The notes beneath the pieces were generated by a model that was not told where the DNA came from, did not search any database, and saw only the letters and a list, made by a program, of their open reading frames with translations. A DNA stretch of 64,000 bases, from positions 17,689 to 81,688 of the forward strand of contig JBGAIN010000004.1 of assembly GCA_044225505.1 (NCBI GenBank), in the 5' to 3' direction. Source of the stretch: Limisphaerales bacterium. Its GTDB lineage: Bacteria; Verrucomicrobiota; Verrucomicrobiia; Limisphaerales; SIBE01. Positions 17,615 to 27,533 of this stretch are shown here, piece after piece. Position numbers and translations under genes: made by a program. How positions within the stretch are numbered: position 1 is the stretch's first letter; the number at the start of each line of letters is the position of its first letter.

Positions 17615-18604
17615 ATGCGCCCATTGTCTCGACGTGACTTCGTTAGGGCCTCGGTGATTGCGACCGCCGCCACTCCCCTTACTCTTCAAGCTCAGAATGA
17701 CGCCGCTGCGTCGCCCGAGGCACCGCCTGTTCGGCCTGAAAACAAACCCCTTCCCGTCGGAACTATTGGCGGTGTCGAGTTCACCCGCCTCATGATTGGA
17801 GGCAATCTGTTGGCAGGTTATGCGCATTCCCGAGACCTGCCCTATGTTTCGACCTTGATGCGGCGCTACAATACGCCGGAGCGCATTCGGCAAACCCTTG
17901 AGTTGGCGGAACAAAACGGGATTTTGGCGATCAATACCTGGGTCCAGGACGATAACACCCAGATTTTCGAGCACTGGAAGAACGGCGGGAAAATGAAGTG
18001 GGTTTCGCAGGTCCGCTTGGACTCCGGTGGAGGCTACTCGCAGATTGACAAAGCGACGGATCGTGGCGCGTCCGCGGTGCATTTGACCGGCGACACGGCC
18101 GAGATGCTTTTGGACACGAGTAGATTCGACAAGGTTGGCGAAGCCCTCGAATACATTCGGTCGAAGAAAACGGTGACGGGAATTGCCGCGCATGACTTAC
18201 GGGTCATCGTTGAGTGCGAACAAAGAAAGTTGGACGTCGATTTTTACCAAAAGACGCTTCACACCGACGAATATTTCACCGGTCCGAAACAGGGGGAACC
18301 CGATCGGGTGGGCAAGCACGACAACTCGTGGTGCACAAATGCCGGAGCGGTCATTGATGTGTTCGCGAAAGTGACGAAGCCATGGATCGCATTCAAAATC
18401 CTCGCCGCCGGCGCGATCCAACCGCGTGCGGCCTTTCCACATGCTTTTAACGGTGGAGCGGACTTCCTGCTGGTGGGAATGTTCGACTGGCAAGTCGAAG
18501 ACAACGTAAAACTCTTCCGCCGTGTCTTTAGCGTTGCCTCCGGCTCGAGTTCGAAACGAACCCGTCCTTGGTACGGCGGCAATCCGGCCACGGGCTCCGT
18601 GTGA
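17615..18604 (+). CDS. TAT-exported protein of unknown function (paralog A of an uncharacterised family; see 50711..51694)
   Basis: 329-aa ORF with twin-arginine signal MRPLSRRDFVRASVIATAATPLTLQA. It aligns over its full length with the 50711 gene. I do not recognise a named family. Confidence 0.75.
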   Translation: MRPLSRRDFVRASVIATAATPLTLQAQNDAAASPEAPPVRPENKPLPVGTIGGVEFTRLMIGGNLLAGYAHSRDLPYVSTLMRRYNTPERIRQTLELAEQNGILAINTWVQDDNTQIFEHWKNGGKMKWVSQVRLDSGGGYSQIDKATDRGASAVHLTGDTAEMLLDTSRFDKVGEALEYIRSKKTVTGIAAHDLRVIVECEQRKLDVDFYQKTLHTDEYFTGPKQGEPDRVGKHDNSWCTNAGAVIDVFAKVTKPWIAFKILAAGAIQPRAAFPHAFNGGADFLLVGMFDWQVEDNVKLFRRVFSVASGSSSKRTRPWYGGNPATGSV

Positions 18605-18807
18605 CAGTCTAGCCTGGCAACGCAGTCCTGGTCCAATTGTACCTGCCCATTGTCGAAGACGAGTCGCAGGATTCAACCTTTCGCGCGAATAGAGCCATTA
18701 CAGGCAGGGCGGCTGGTCCTTTGGCGATTGGCGAGCGCTCCGCTGCCCACATTCCCTATAGTCAACTTTGACTTCCGAGGTGTCGGCAAACCTGCTTTCA
18801 TTAAGAG

Positions 18808-20136
18808 ATGAAGAAGCCCCTTGTCCTTGGAATGTGCCTGATCGCACTTACCATGTCTGGTGGTCTCGCTGCGGACGTTAACGGACCGATCAAAGTCAGC
18901 GCCAATGGGAGGTATTTTGTCGACCAGAATCACACTCCATTCTTCTGGTTGGGGGACACGGCATGGCCCCTCTTTGTGCAGTATGGGCAAACGCAAGCGG
19001 AAGCTTACTTACGAAACCGTTCCAGCAAAGGATTCACCGTGATCCAGGCAGTGCTCGCGTGGAGCGCGGGAGGCTCGGGTTCCGAAGTCAAAAGCCCGAC
19101 GGCCAACCCAAATGGCGACAAACCGTGGCTGAATGACAACCCCAGCACACCCAACGACGCTTACTTTAAGCATGTGGATCGGTTGATCGATTACGCCCGC
19201 GAACAAGGCTTGATCCTGGCCGTCCTGCCGACGTGGGGCTACTACGTCAACGACGCCCACGTGGTGACCACACAGAACGCCCGAATCTACGGCCGATGGC
19301 TAGGAGAGCGCTATCGCCAGGCGCCCAACCTTGTTTGGGTCAATGGCGGAGATCGAGTCGCCACAGGTTACGAAGACGTCTGGAGCGAATTGGCGCGGGG
19401 TCTGCGCGAGGGGGACCGAGGCGCCCACTTAATCACTTATCACCCCTGCGGCTGGCGCTCGTCGTCTCAATACTTTCATTCGGCGGACTGGCTCGACTTC
19501 AACATGATCGAGACCTGGACAGAATGGGCCAAGATTCATCCGGCCGTTCTGGCAGACGTCGTCCGCGTCCCTGCCAAACCAGTAGTTTTGGGAGAAGGGG
19601 CTTATGAAAACGGACCCGAATATCCCCAGGGCCCGATCACTCCGTTGCTCGTGCGGCGCCAGGCTTGGTGGACGGTCACGGCTGGCGGATTCCATACCTA
19701 TGGCCAAGATCAGATGTGGCGAATGAACGACGGTTGGGATCGAACCTTCGACACTCCCGGCGCGGGCCAGGTCTGCCGCATGAAGGAAATCATTACGTCT
19801 TTGCCCTGGTGGGAGATGGTTCCCGATCAAGGAGTCTTCGCAACAGGCGTCTCGAGCGAACGGACGCTGAACACTGCCATGCGATCCATTTCTGGAAATC
19901 GTGTCCTCATTTACCTGTCATCCCCGTGCACGGTGTTTCTGCACCTGGACAAAATCGCCACCGCGCATGCAAAAGCCACCTGGATCTCGCCAATTACCGG
20001 AGAACGAAAGTCTGCCGGGAGCTATCTCACTGGCAATCTCAACGGCAATACATTCCCCGAGGCGCGAACGCAGTTTTTCACGACGCCCGGTCATTGGGAA
20101 GACGCTGCCCTGTTGCTCGAGGCGGAAACGCCGTAA
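18808..20136 (+). CDS. Secreted GH140-like glycoside hydrolase (DUF4038 N-terminal catalytic domain)
   Basis: 442-aa ORF with a signal peptide. DUF4038 hallmark NGRYFVDQNHTPFFWLGDTAWPLF, followed by GFTVIQAVL. Confidence 0.7.
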   Translation: MKKPLVLGMCLIALTMSGGLAADVNGPIKVSANGRYFVDQNHTPFFWLGDTAWPLFVQYGQTQAEAYLRNRSSKGFTVIQAVLAWSAGGSGSEVKSPTANPNGDKPWLNDNPSTPNDAYFKHVDRLIDYAREQGLILAVLPTWGYYVNDAHVVTTQNARIYGRWLGERYRQAPNLVWVNGGDRVATGYEDVWSELARGLREGDRGAHLITYHPCGWRSSSQYFHSADWLDFNMIETWTEWAKIHPAVLADVVRVPAKPVVLGEGAYENGPEYPQGPITPLLVRRQAWWTVTAGGFHTYGQDQMWRMNDGWDRTFDTPGAGQVCRMKEIITSLPWWEMVPDQGVFATGVSSERTLNTAMRSISGNRVLIYLSSPCTVFLHLDKIATAHAKATWISPITGERKSAGSYLTGNLNGNTFPEARTQFFTTPGHWEDAALLLEAETP

Positions 20137-20277
20137 ACGGCTAAGCCAGAAAGGCCGCAGCCAGAACGCCGAAGGCTCAGGGCACGCGATAGGCCTCACT
20201 GCCCGCACGATAGGTTGTCATCTCCCGCAGATGTGCCACGTTTCAAGGGCTGGAGATCAAGAACCTTTGGAATTTCC

Positions 20278-21297
20278 ATGACAACGATGCGTGCTGCTCA
20301 GATTTCGCGACCTAACGGGCCGTTCGAACTTGTGACCCGCGAGGTCCCCCAACCTGGTCCCGGACAGATACGCATCAAAGTGCAAGCCTGTGGTATCTGC
20401 CACAGCGACTCATTGGTCAAAGAAGGTCACTGGCCAGGATTACAATACCCGCGGGTTCCGGGCCACGAAGTGATTGGCGTGATTGACGCGCTTGGAGACG
20501 GAGTTGCGCCATGGAAAATCGGTCAACGCGTCGGCGTTGGCTGGCACGGCGGGCATTGCGGCACCTGCGATGCCTGTCGCCGCGGAGATTTCTTCGGTTG
20601 CCAAGTCGCCTTACAGATCACAGGCATCTCCTTTGACGGCGGCTATGCCGAAAGCATGGTGGCGCCAGCCATTGCCGCAGCGGCGGTTCCAGAAGAACTC
20701 GCGGCGGTGGATGCGGCACCGCTCATGTGCGCTGGAATCACGACGTTCAATGCGCTGCGCAACAGCCAGGCTCGCCCTGGCGATCTGGTCGCTGTGCTTG
20801 GGCTGGGCGGACTCGGGCATCTCGCTGTCCAATACGCCGCCAAAATGGGATTTCGCACGATCGGCATTGCCCGTGGATCGGACAAAGCTCAACTCGCCCG
20901 CGAGTTAGGGGCCCATGATTATATCGACAGCCAAGCACAAGATCCCGCCGCCGCGTTACAGATGCTCGGAGGTGCCAAGGTCATCCTCGCGACCGTGACC
21001 CATGGCCCGGCCATGGCCGCTGTCCAAGGGGGCTTGGCGGTCAATGGCACCCTGGTAGTGATTGGGGCGGCCGAATCGCTGCAAGTTTCGCCGTTACTCC
21101 TGATCTCCGGGCGCCGCTCCATTCAAGGCTGGTACTCAGGCACCGCCATTGATTCGCAAGATACCCTCGCGTTTAGCGTCTTGTCCGGGGTTCGCTCTCG
21201 AAACGAGGTTTATCCTCTGGAACGTGTTGAAGAAGCGTACCAACGGATGTTGAGCGGTAAAGCGCGGTTCCGAGTGGTGCTGGTGATGGGCTCTTGA
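20278..21297 (+). CDS. Zinc-dependent alcohol dehydrogenase (MDR superfamily, AdhP-like)
   Basis: ORF 20215..21297; the first ATG is at 20278 (MTTMRAAQ). Motifs CGICHSD, GHEVIGVIDALG, CGTCDACRRG (structural zinc) and GLGGLGHLAVQYA (NAD binding). Confidence 0.9.
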   Translation: MTTMRAAQISRPNGPFELVTREVPQPGPGQIRIKVQACGICHSDSLVKEGHWPGLQYPRVPGHEVIGVIDALGDGVAPWKIGQRVGVGWHGGHCGTCDACRRGDFFGCQVALQITGISFDGGYAESMVAPAIAAAAVPEELAAVDAAPLMCAGITTFNALRNSQARPGDLVAVLGLGGLGHLAVQYAAKMGFRTIGIARGSDKAQLARELGAHDYIDSQAQDPAAALQMLGGAKVILATVTHGPAMAAVQGGLAVNGTLVVIGAAESLQVSPLLLISGRRSIQGWYSGTAIDSQDTLAFSVLSGVRSRNEVYPLERVEEAYQRMLSGKARFRVVLVMGS

Positions 21298-21348
21298 TTT
21301 GCCTTTGCCCGGTCTTTTAACCGTCAAGATCCCTGTGTAGCAGGCGTT

Positions 21349-22245
21349 TTATCCCATCACGGCGAGAGCAATCCCGAGGATAATTCCGAGCACCGCAGGG
21401 AGCTTTCGCCGGCCATTCTTTTCACCAAAGAAAAGGAGACCGCCCGCAAATCCCACGAGCGTACTGCCTCGGCGCACGCTCATCACAACCGAGACGAGGG
21501 CTTCTGGATGCGTTAGAGCGCTGAAATAGAGGTAATCAGCGATTAATAGCCAAATGGTGATCGCGGGCACACTCCAGCGCCACTGAAACTCATTGCGTGG
21601 CCACCAACGGCGTTTCCACCCGATCGCGAGGGGCAAGAAGAACATGACTAAATAGACAGAAAACCAGGCCTGTACGGTAGGAACGGTGAAGTGAGCTCGC
21701 CCCAAAAGATACTTATCGTAAAGGGAACTCACGGCGCCAAAAACCGTTCCCGCCACCAGGAAAGCGACCCATTTATCCCGGTGAAAGTGTACCCCCTCGC
21801 GGGCGCCCGCGATGGACAACCCGAAAAACGACGCGAGCGTCGTGAGAATCCCCACTGTCTCCAATAGGCTGGGCCTTTCACCCAGCACGAGGATGGCTCC
21901 GACAAGAGTCCAGAGCGGACTCGTGGCACGGATGGGCGATCCCAGCGAGAGAGGAAGATGTTTTACGGCGAAGTAAGTGAATATCCAGGAGGCTGTCACA
22001 ATCCCGGACTTTAACGCCAGTTGCAGGTGTTGCTGGAGCGAGAGCGGATCCGTCACCAGGGAGGGAGGGAGGTTCCCCGGGGAAACGAAATCAACGATCA
22101 GGAGAGTGCCCCAGATGACGGCGCCAGTCAGCGTGCTCAGGAACAAAACGGGAAGAACCGCGTTGTTCTGGACGGCGTGCTTGGTGCAAAGCTCATACGC
22201 GCCGAGGAACAAAGCGGACAGGAGGCACGCTGCGATCCAGTGCAT
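21349..22245 (-). CDS. EamA/DMT-family transporter
   Basis: ORF 21349..22254 (TTG); an ATG lies at 22245 (MHWIAACLLSALFLGAYELCTKHAV). About 10 hydrophobic segments in a two-EamA-domain architecture. Confidence 0.7.
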   Translation of the reverse strand: MHWIAACLLSALFLGAYELCTKHAVQNNAVLPVLFLSTLTGAVIWGTLLIVDFVSPGNLPPSLVTDPLSLQQHLQLALKSGIVTASWIFTYFAVKHLPLSLGSPIRATSPLWTLVGAILVLGERPSLLETVGILTTLASFFGLSIAGAREGVHFHRDKWVAFLVAGTVFGAVSSLYDKYLLGRAHFTVPTVQAWFSVYLVMFFLPLAIGWKRRWWPRNEFQWRWSVPAITIWLLIADYLYFSALTHPEALVSVVMSVRRGSTLVGFAGGLLFFGEKNGRRKLPAVLGIILGIALAVMG

Positions 22246-22514
22246 GGAAACCAATAGCCCTGGTTCACCGCGAACCCGGACGAGGAAGTTTTAGCGCATA
22301 TCCAGCAGGGTGTCGATCTGTTAGCCAAGTCACCAAGACCTGTCGAACTGCTGCCGGGGCTGGTGTGAAAGCCCGATGCATAGGCCGAGAAAATACTTTG
22401 AAAGAATCCAGCGAGTGGAAACGTAGTCTTAGATAAGGGGCGCGTAGGCCCTTATTGGCGCAATCTGCAAAGCAAGACTGACGAACCTGAAGCTCTCACT
22501 AGACAACTTCAAGA

Positions 22515-22766
22515 ATGCTGCGATCATCCACAATGCAGATGCCGGAAATCCGCCCGTTTTGGCGAAGTCTGAACTTTGCCTTTTGCGGGATCGCGGCCTA
22601 CGCCTTGAGCTGCGGCCCGATGCTTCGGCTGGGCCGTCTTTTGGACTTAAACGGCGTCGCTGCTGCGGTCTATTCCCCGATTCTGTCGTTATCCCGGCAT
22701 GGCATTCTGCAGGATCCCATCGACTGGTACATCGGCTTTTGGCTTACGGGACTTCCGCTAAATTGA
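22515..22766 (+). CDS. Hypothetical small membrane protein (weak call)
   Basis: 83-aa ORF in an otherwise empty ~560-bp gap, with one or two hydrophobic segments. There is no recognisable homology or SD. Confidence 0.2.
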   Translation: MLRSSTMQMPEIRPFWRSLNFAFCGIAAYALSCGPMLRLGRLLDLNGVAAAVYSPILSLSRHGILQDPIDWYIGFWLTGLPLN

Positions 22767-22811
22767 AGAAGCATCCGTTGGCCACGAACCGGCCACTGAC
22801 TCTGTCTCAGT

Positions 22812-25682
22812 CTACTCGGCATTCCCAGCCTCGGCAGGAGGATCTGGAAGAATGCCCGGAACTTCTGGCAGTTCCCTCTGCTCCGTAAAGAGCGGCAAAG
22901 TCACGGTGAACGTGGTGCCTTGCCCCTCCACACTGGCAAAGCGGATACTTCCTCCGTGCAACGCAACACACCGTTCGACAATGACCAACCCTAACCCTGT
23001 CCCGGAAATCTGGCGAACGTTGCCGGCGCGGTGAAACGCTTTGAAGAGACGCTTCTGGTCCGCGACCGGGATTCCGCAACCGTGGTCCGAAACCTCGAAT
23101 AGAGCGTTCGCCCCATCCTGAGTCACAGCCAGGGTGACCGACTCGTTCGGGGGCGAATACTTAATCGCATTTGATAGCAAATTGCTCAAGATATGGCGCA
23201 ACAGGTTTTCGTCGCCAAATGCGTCAACCGGGGCAGCGAGCGGGACAACGTTCAAGGGGCAGCGGCGCCCCGTGGCGGTCAGGATTTCATCGGCCGTGCG
23301 CTGGCAGAAAAGATGGAGATCAAAAGCAACGGGTTTAAACTCCGTTTTCCCGGACTCAACGCGACCAAGGACCAGCACTTCTTCCATCATGTCGGCCATT
23401 CGGCGCACCGATTTGTGGATGGTACCCAGCAGGTGATCGCGCTTCTCCTTGGTGAGCCGCTCATGGTACCTCTGCAAGTTGTCCGACGACGACATAATCA
23501 CCTCGAGCGGGGTGCGAAACTCATGCGACACGAGCGAAACGAAGTCACTCTTGAGCTGACTTAACTCCCGTTCCTTAGCCAAGGCATTCTGCAACTCCGC
23601 TTCCGCCCGCTTTCGCTCGGATAGGTCAATAATGACTGATTGAACGACGGTCCGACCAGCCAATTGCAGGGCGGTCAGCGTGACTTCAACGGGAAACTCC
23701 TCTCCATTCAGCTTCCGGGCCGTCCAATCAAACCGATGCGTGCCCTCGGCCAGCGCGCGTGCCACATGACGCTCCGCTGCCCTTCGGCTCAGTTCGCCAT
23801 CGGGCTGTTGCGCAGCCGAGAATTGCGCGAGGTCATGGCCGAGGAGTTCCTCCGGCCGACGGGCGCTGAAGAGCTTCAAAGAAGCGGAGTTAATTTGAAG
23901 AAAACCCGTTTCGTCCTGGACCACGACCGCGGCGGTAATGCTCTCGTAAAGGGCCCGCGCCCGCGCTTCGCTCTCTCGCATCACCTGCTCGGCCCGCTTT
24001 TGGTCTGTGACATCCAGAGCAAACGTCAACAAGTGCGGCTCTTGGTTGATTTCGATCACTTCACCGGAAATCATCATGGTGTGGATCGCGCCGTCCGGAC
24101 GTCGAATCTCCGCCTCGACATTGCGGACCAACCGATCCTGCTGCAGACGGGCGTAGAACTTGGCCCGAGCCTCCAGGTTGACCCACATGCCCAATTCCGA
24201 GGAGTCCCGACCAATGATCTCGTCACGACGCAAACCGAGCAACCGGACGAAAGCTTCGTTGACTTCGACAAACTTGGAATCTGGCAAGCGGGCAACCGTC
24301 ATCATCAAGGGACTGGCGTGGAAAGCCGAACTGAACCTGGCTTCACTTTCCCGGAAACGACGTTCGCTCTCCCGCAGCTGTTCTTCGGCTTCCTTTCGGG
24401 CTGTTATGTCGGAAGCCACCACCAGGACATGCGGAGCTCCATCGACTTCAACCAACTCGGCGGACAAAACCATCGTGCGTACTCCACCGTTCCGGGGCCG
24501 CAACAGGTATTCAAAATCCCGGACATACCCTCGGGTCTGGATTTCCTTGAAGAACTGTTCTCGCGAATCGGGCTGCGCATAGAGGTTAAGCTCGTGCGAA
24601 CTGCGCCCTAGAACGTCTTGCTCTGCATAGCCCGTGACCCGGGAAAACGCTTCGTTGACGGCCACGAAGACGCCATCACTCAAGCGCCCCAGAGATACCG
24701 CCATCGGACTAGCGCGAAAAACGGTCCGCAATCGGGCTTCGCTCTCCCGGTAGCGGCGCTCGCTCTCCCGGAGACGGGCTTCATCCTCCTTGCGCTGCGT
24801 AATATCTAGTCCGACGGTTTGCAGGTGTGATTCACCGTCAATGTCGATCAGCTCTCCAGAGACCAGCAACGTGCGAAACCGGCCATCCTTGGCTCGAACT
24901 ACGAATTCGCAATCACGAGCCGAGCCGTGCTCCCGAACGAGGCGAAGGAACTCCTCACGCTGATCCAAGGCGACGTGCAGGTCGAGATCTGCCGACGTGT
25001 GCCCCACGAGTTCCTCCTCGCTGAATCCGATCGTCCGGAGGTACGCTTCGTTCGCAGCCACGTAAACCCCGTCCCGAAAGCGCGTAATCGCAACCAGAGC
25101 GGGGCTCGAGCGGAACACCTTGCTAAAACGTTCCTCGGTCTGACGAAGCCGCTCGTTGCTGACACTCAACGCCGCTTCGGCTCGTTTGCGCGCGGTGATG
25201 TCCACGCCGGCACTGAGGTAGTGCAGCGCCCCACCGATGTGGACCGGATGTGACGACAACAGCACCGTCACAACGTCACCGGTACTGGCACGCAGCCGAA
25301 CTTCGAATCCTTCCACCCAACCTTGGCTCGAAAGCTCACGCCGATACTCGGCCAGGCTATCCGGCTCGACCCAGAAATTCAGTGCGTCCGCCGTTTTCCC
25401 AATGACTTGCTCTCGAGTGAATCCAAACTTCTTGAGGAAAGTAGCATTCACCTCCACGAGAATCCCGTCCGACGCGCGAACAACGCTCTGCATCGATGGG
25501 CTATGATGGAACGCCAATTCGTACAAGCCAGCTCCGTCCGCGATTCCGTCGGGAAGCGGGGCTGCCTCGCGGAGCGTTGGCTTCTGCGCGCGGCTCATGA
25601 CCCGAGCATACCGAATCCGAACGAGGCGGGAAGTCGATTTGCGGGTCTGCTCCGTCAAGCTCACGAGGAGCCACACCGTCAC
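22812..25682 (-). CDS. Multi-PAS sensor histidine kinase (about 5-6 PAS/PAC modules, HisKA, HATPase_c); no adjacent response regulator
   Basis: 956-aa ORF; ATG at 25598 (MSRAQKP) is a plausible alternative start. H-box SHEFRTPL, N-box LLSNAIKYS, G1 DHGCGI, G2 GTGLGL. PAS units are joined by near-identical coiled linkers (RESERRYRESEARL / RESERRFRESEARF). Confidence 0.9.
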   Translation of the reverse strand: MTVWLLVSLTEQTRKSTSRLVRIRYARVMSRAQKPTLREAAPLPDGIADGAGLYELAFHHSPSMQSVVRASDGILVEVNATFLKKFGFTREQVIGKTADALNFWVEPDSLAEYRRELSSQGWVEGFEVRLRASTGDVVTVLLSSHPVHIGGALHYLSAGVDITARKRAEAALSVSNERLRQTEERFSKVFRSSPALVAITRFRDGVYVAANEAYLRTIGFSEEELVGHTSADLDLHVALDQREEFLRLVREHGSARDCEFVVRAKDGRFRTLLVSGELIDIDGESHLQTVGLDITQRKEDEARLRESERRYRESEARLRTVFRASPMAVSLGRLSDGVFVAVNEAFSRVTGYAEQDVLGRSSHELNLYAQPDSREQFFKEIQTRGYVRDFEYLLRPRNGGVRTMVLSAELVEVDGAPHVLVVASDITARKEAEEQLRESERRFRESEARFSSAFHASPLMMTVARLPDSKFVEVNEAFVRLLGLRRDEIIGRDSSELGMWVNLEARAKFYARLQQDRLVRNVEAEIRRPDGAIHTMMISGEVIEINQEPHLLTFALDVTDQKRAEQVMRESEARARALYESITAAVVVQDETGFLQINSASLKLFSARRPEELLGHDLAQFSAAQQPDGELSRRAAERHVARALAEGTHRFDWTARKLNGEEFPVEVTLTALQLAGRTVVQSVIIDLSERKRAEAELQNALAKERELSQLKSDFVSLVSHEFRTPLEVIMSSSDNLQRYHERLTKEKRDHLLGTIHKSVRRMADMMEEVLVLGRVESGKTEFKPVAFDLHLFCQRTADEILTATGRRCPLNVVPLAAPVDAFGDENLLRHILSNLLSNAIKYSPPNESVTLAVTQDGANALFEVSDHGCGIPVADQKRLFKAFHRAGNVRQISGTGLGLVIVERCVALHGGSIRFASVEGQGTTFTVTLPLFTEQRELPEVPGILPDPPAEAGNAE

Positions 25683-25722
25683 AGCTCGGCGATCGTCCTG
25701 GGGCCGTGTCGAGTCCGGACGA

Positions 25723-26967
25723 TTAACGCTGCAATCGAACTAATTGTCCTCCGCCAGGAGGAAGTTTAAGGTCGATGCGCGACGCACCGCCAGCCGACCA
25801 TTCGCCAGTCGTAGCATCAAACACAGACAGTGACGCTGGACCGCGGAGACCTATCACTCTTTCCGAACGATAGTTCAAATTGACCACCAGCGCGTGCGTA
25901 ACGGCCGCGCCTGGAGTTGGCGCGTAGGTGCTTAGCATGGCGCCGTCGACCGGTTCCGGAGGGGTGTATTTCAGATCGGGCACCGCTGGATCTAACACGA
26001 ACGACGAGTTCGTCGGAACAGGTTCAGTCCCGCGTGGGTGATGACCCGAATGGTAAACGCCTTGGACATGCACCGACTGAAGTTGGCGAGCGATTGATAC
26101 AAACTCTCGGTTTAGCGTTTTTAGAGCGTGATAGAGAGGCGTCGGAGTTCCATCGGCAAGAGCGATGCCACCCGTGTGACCCGCACACGAATAAACATAG
26201 TACGAAATGCCTTGGGCGCCATATGCCAGCGTCGTGTAAACTAGATATCGCATTTCATTAGGCTCTGGAACTCGCATGGAGGGCGACCAGGTGCACGCCT
26301 GCACGATGTTCAAAAACGGGAGCTTCGACGCCTCGGCGGTTTGACGAATCATTGCCAGATTTAGGAAATACTGGTCGTTATCGCCGCGTTTGCTGAACTG
26401 GTAGTGATCGAAGCTGATCAAGTCCGGCTTGACGACATCAACATACTGCTGGAGGTGCGCACGATACGCCGTCACCGTATCGCCCGAGGTTCCCAATTGT
26501 TGGTTGTTGGCATAGGTTGGGAAGAGATTGATATAGGCCAGATGCGCCGGATCCCTCTCACGCAAATGCGCGACCAGACGTCCAAGCGCCGGAAAATCAG
26601 CTGCGCTCGGCTCGTCCGTAATAAAATAAGCATAAAGCGCTGGATGGTGTCGCACCCGCTCGATTAAGGCATCGAGCTTTTCGCGTTGCGCGTTGTCAGC
26701 CAGAGACGTCGGGCTCAGCAACGCATCCTGTAACTGCGCACGCAATCCGTGGCGCTGCGCCAGGTCGAGGTCCTTCTCGGCGCACCATACTAAATTCCAG
26801 CCGCCATCCGACATTTGCGTTGCGACGCTATCCGTCAAGGCGGGCCCCGCCCAGTACGTAACCATGGGGGTTCCGACGCTCCACCGGGATGGCTCAGCGG
26901 ATTGGCCGCCAAGTCCACGGAACACAGCCAACTCCACCAGAACCGAACATAGAAACAGCATTTTCAT
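25723..26967 (-). CDS. Secreted hypothetical protein, possibly a GH42-like TIM-barrel glycoside hydrolase
   Basis: 414-aa ORF with a signal peptide. The blocks YFITDEPSAADFPALG, YINLFPTYA and ISFDHYQF are reminiscent of GH42-like or DUF-type glycosidases. The functional assignment is weak. Confidence 0.4.
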   Translation of the reverse strand: MKMLFLCSVLVELAVFRGLGGQSAEPSRWSVGTPMVTYWAGPALTDSVATQMSDGGWNLVWCAEKDLDLAQRHGLRAQLQDALLSPTSLADNAQREKLDALIERVRHHPALYAYFITDEPSAADFPALGRLVAHLRERDPAHLAYINLFPTYANNQQLGTSGDTVTAYRAHLQQYVDVVKPDLISFDHYQFSKRGDNDQYFLNLAMIRQTAEASKLPFLNIVQACTWSPSMRVPEPNEMRYLVYTTLAYGAQGISYYVYSCAGHTGGIALADGTPTPLYHALKTLNREFVSIARQLQSVHVQGVYHSGHHPRGTEPVPTNSSFVLDPAVPDLKYTPPEPVDGAMLSTYAPTPGAAVTHALVVNLNYRSERVIGLRGPASLSVFDATTGEWSAGGASRIDLKLPPGGGQLVRLQR

Positions 26968-27049
26968 ACTCTTAGACCTTCGTAATTCTTAGCCTTTTTT
27001 CACCGATTTCATGGATTGAAAGCTGATTTGAATCAACCACCACCACCAC

Positions 27050-27466
27050 TCAATCGACATTTCCGGTCACCCCAAACCAACGTGAGCGTAAACGACCGTG
27101 CCAGATCAGCGCGGCGTGGGGCAAATCCCGACACACCGCCGCATCGGGCGGGCGGTATTCAAACCTAAACCCGTTATTCCAATCGGGTGGGAGTTCCTGG
27201 AGCGGTCGTGCCACGCTTCCCAGGGCGTTGGTCCGAACGTCGACGACCGCCCACCGAGCTTGCCGCAAGTCAAAGTGCTGGCTACGGCTTTGTCCCGATT
27301 GAAGGACCGTTACATCACTTTCCCTCGGAACAACCTGCTTCCCCCCTTCACCAATCCAACGGTAGCCTGGCTCCTGCCAACGAGCGTCGCACACCAAACC
27401 GAAAGATTCGTCATTAGGTAACGCGACGATCGCCACTGGCTCGGGGCTGTGATTCTTCAGCTCCAC
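27050..27466 (-). CDS. Hypothetical protein downstream of the GDYXXLXY gene (start unclear)
   Basis: 138-aa ORF (GTG start) in the same orientation as the two upstream genes. The frame stays open and protein-like upstream of the GTG (..FPQVQTVVIGAT|VELKNH) without an ATG, GTG or TTG, so the 5' end is uncertain. Confidence 0.3.
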   Translation of the reverse strand: MELKNHSPEPVAIVALPNDESFGLVCDARWQEPGYRWIGEGGKQVVPRESDVTVLQSGQSRSQHFDLRQARWAVVDVRTNALGSVARPLQELPPDWNNGFRFEYRPPDAAVCRDLPHAALIWHGRLRSRWFGVTGNVD

Positions 27467-27533
27467 GGTGGCCCCGATGACAACCGTCTGGACCTGCGGA
27501 AACCCAGCCAGATGGTTGGTTTTTCGAACGGAA

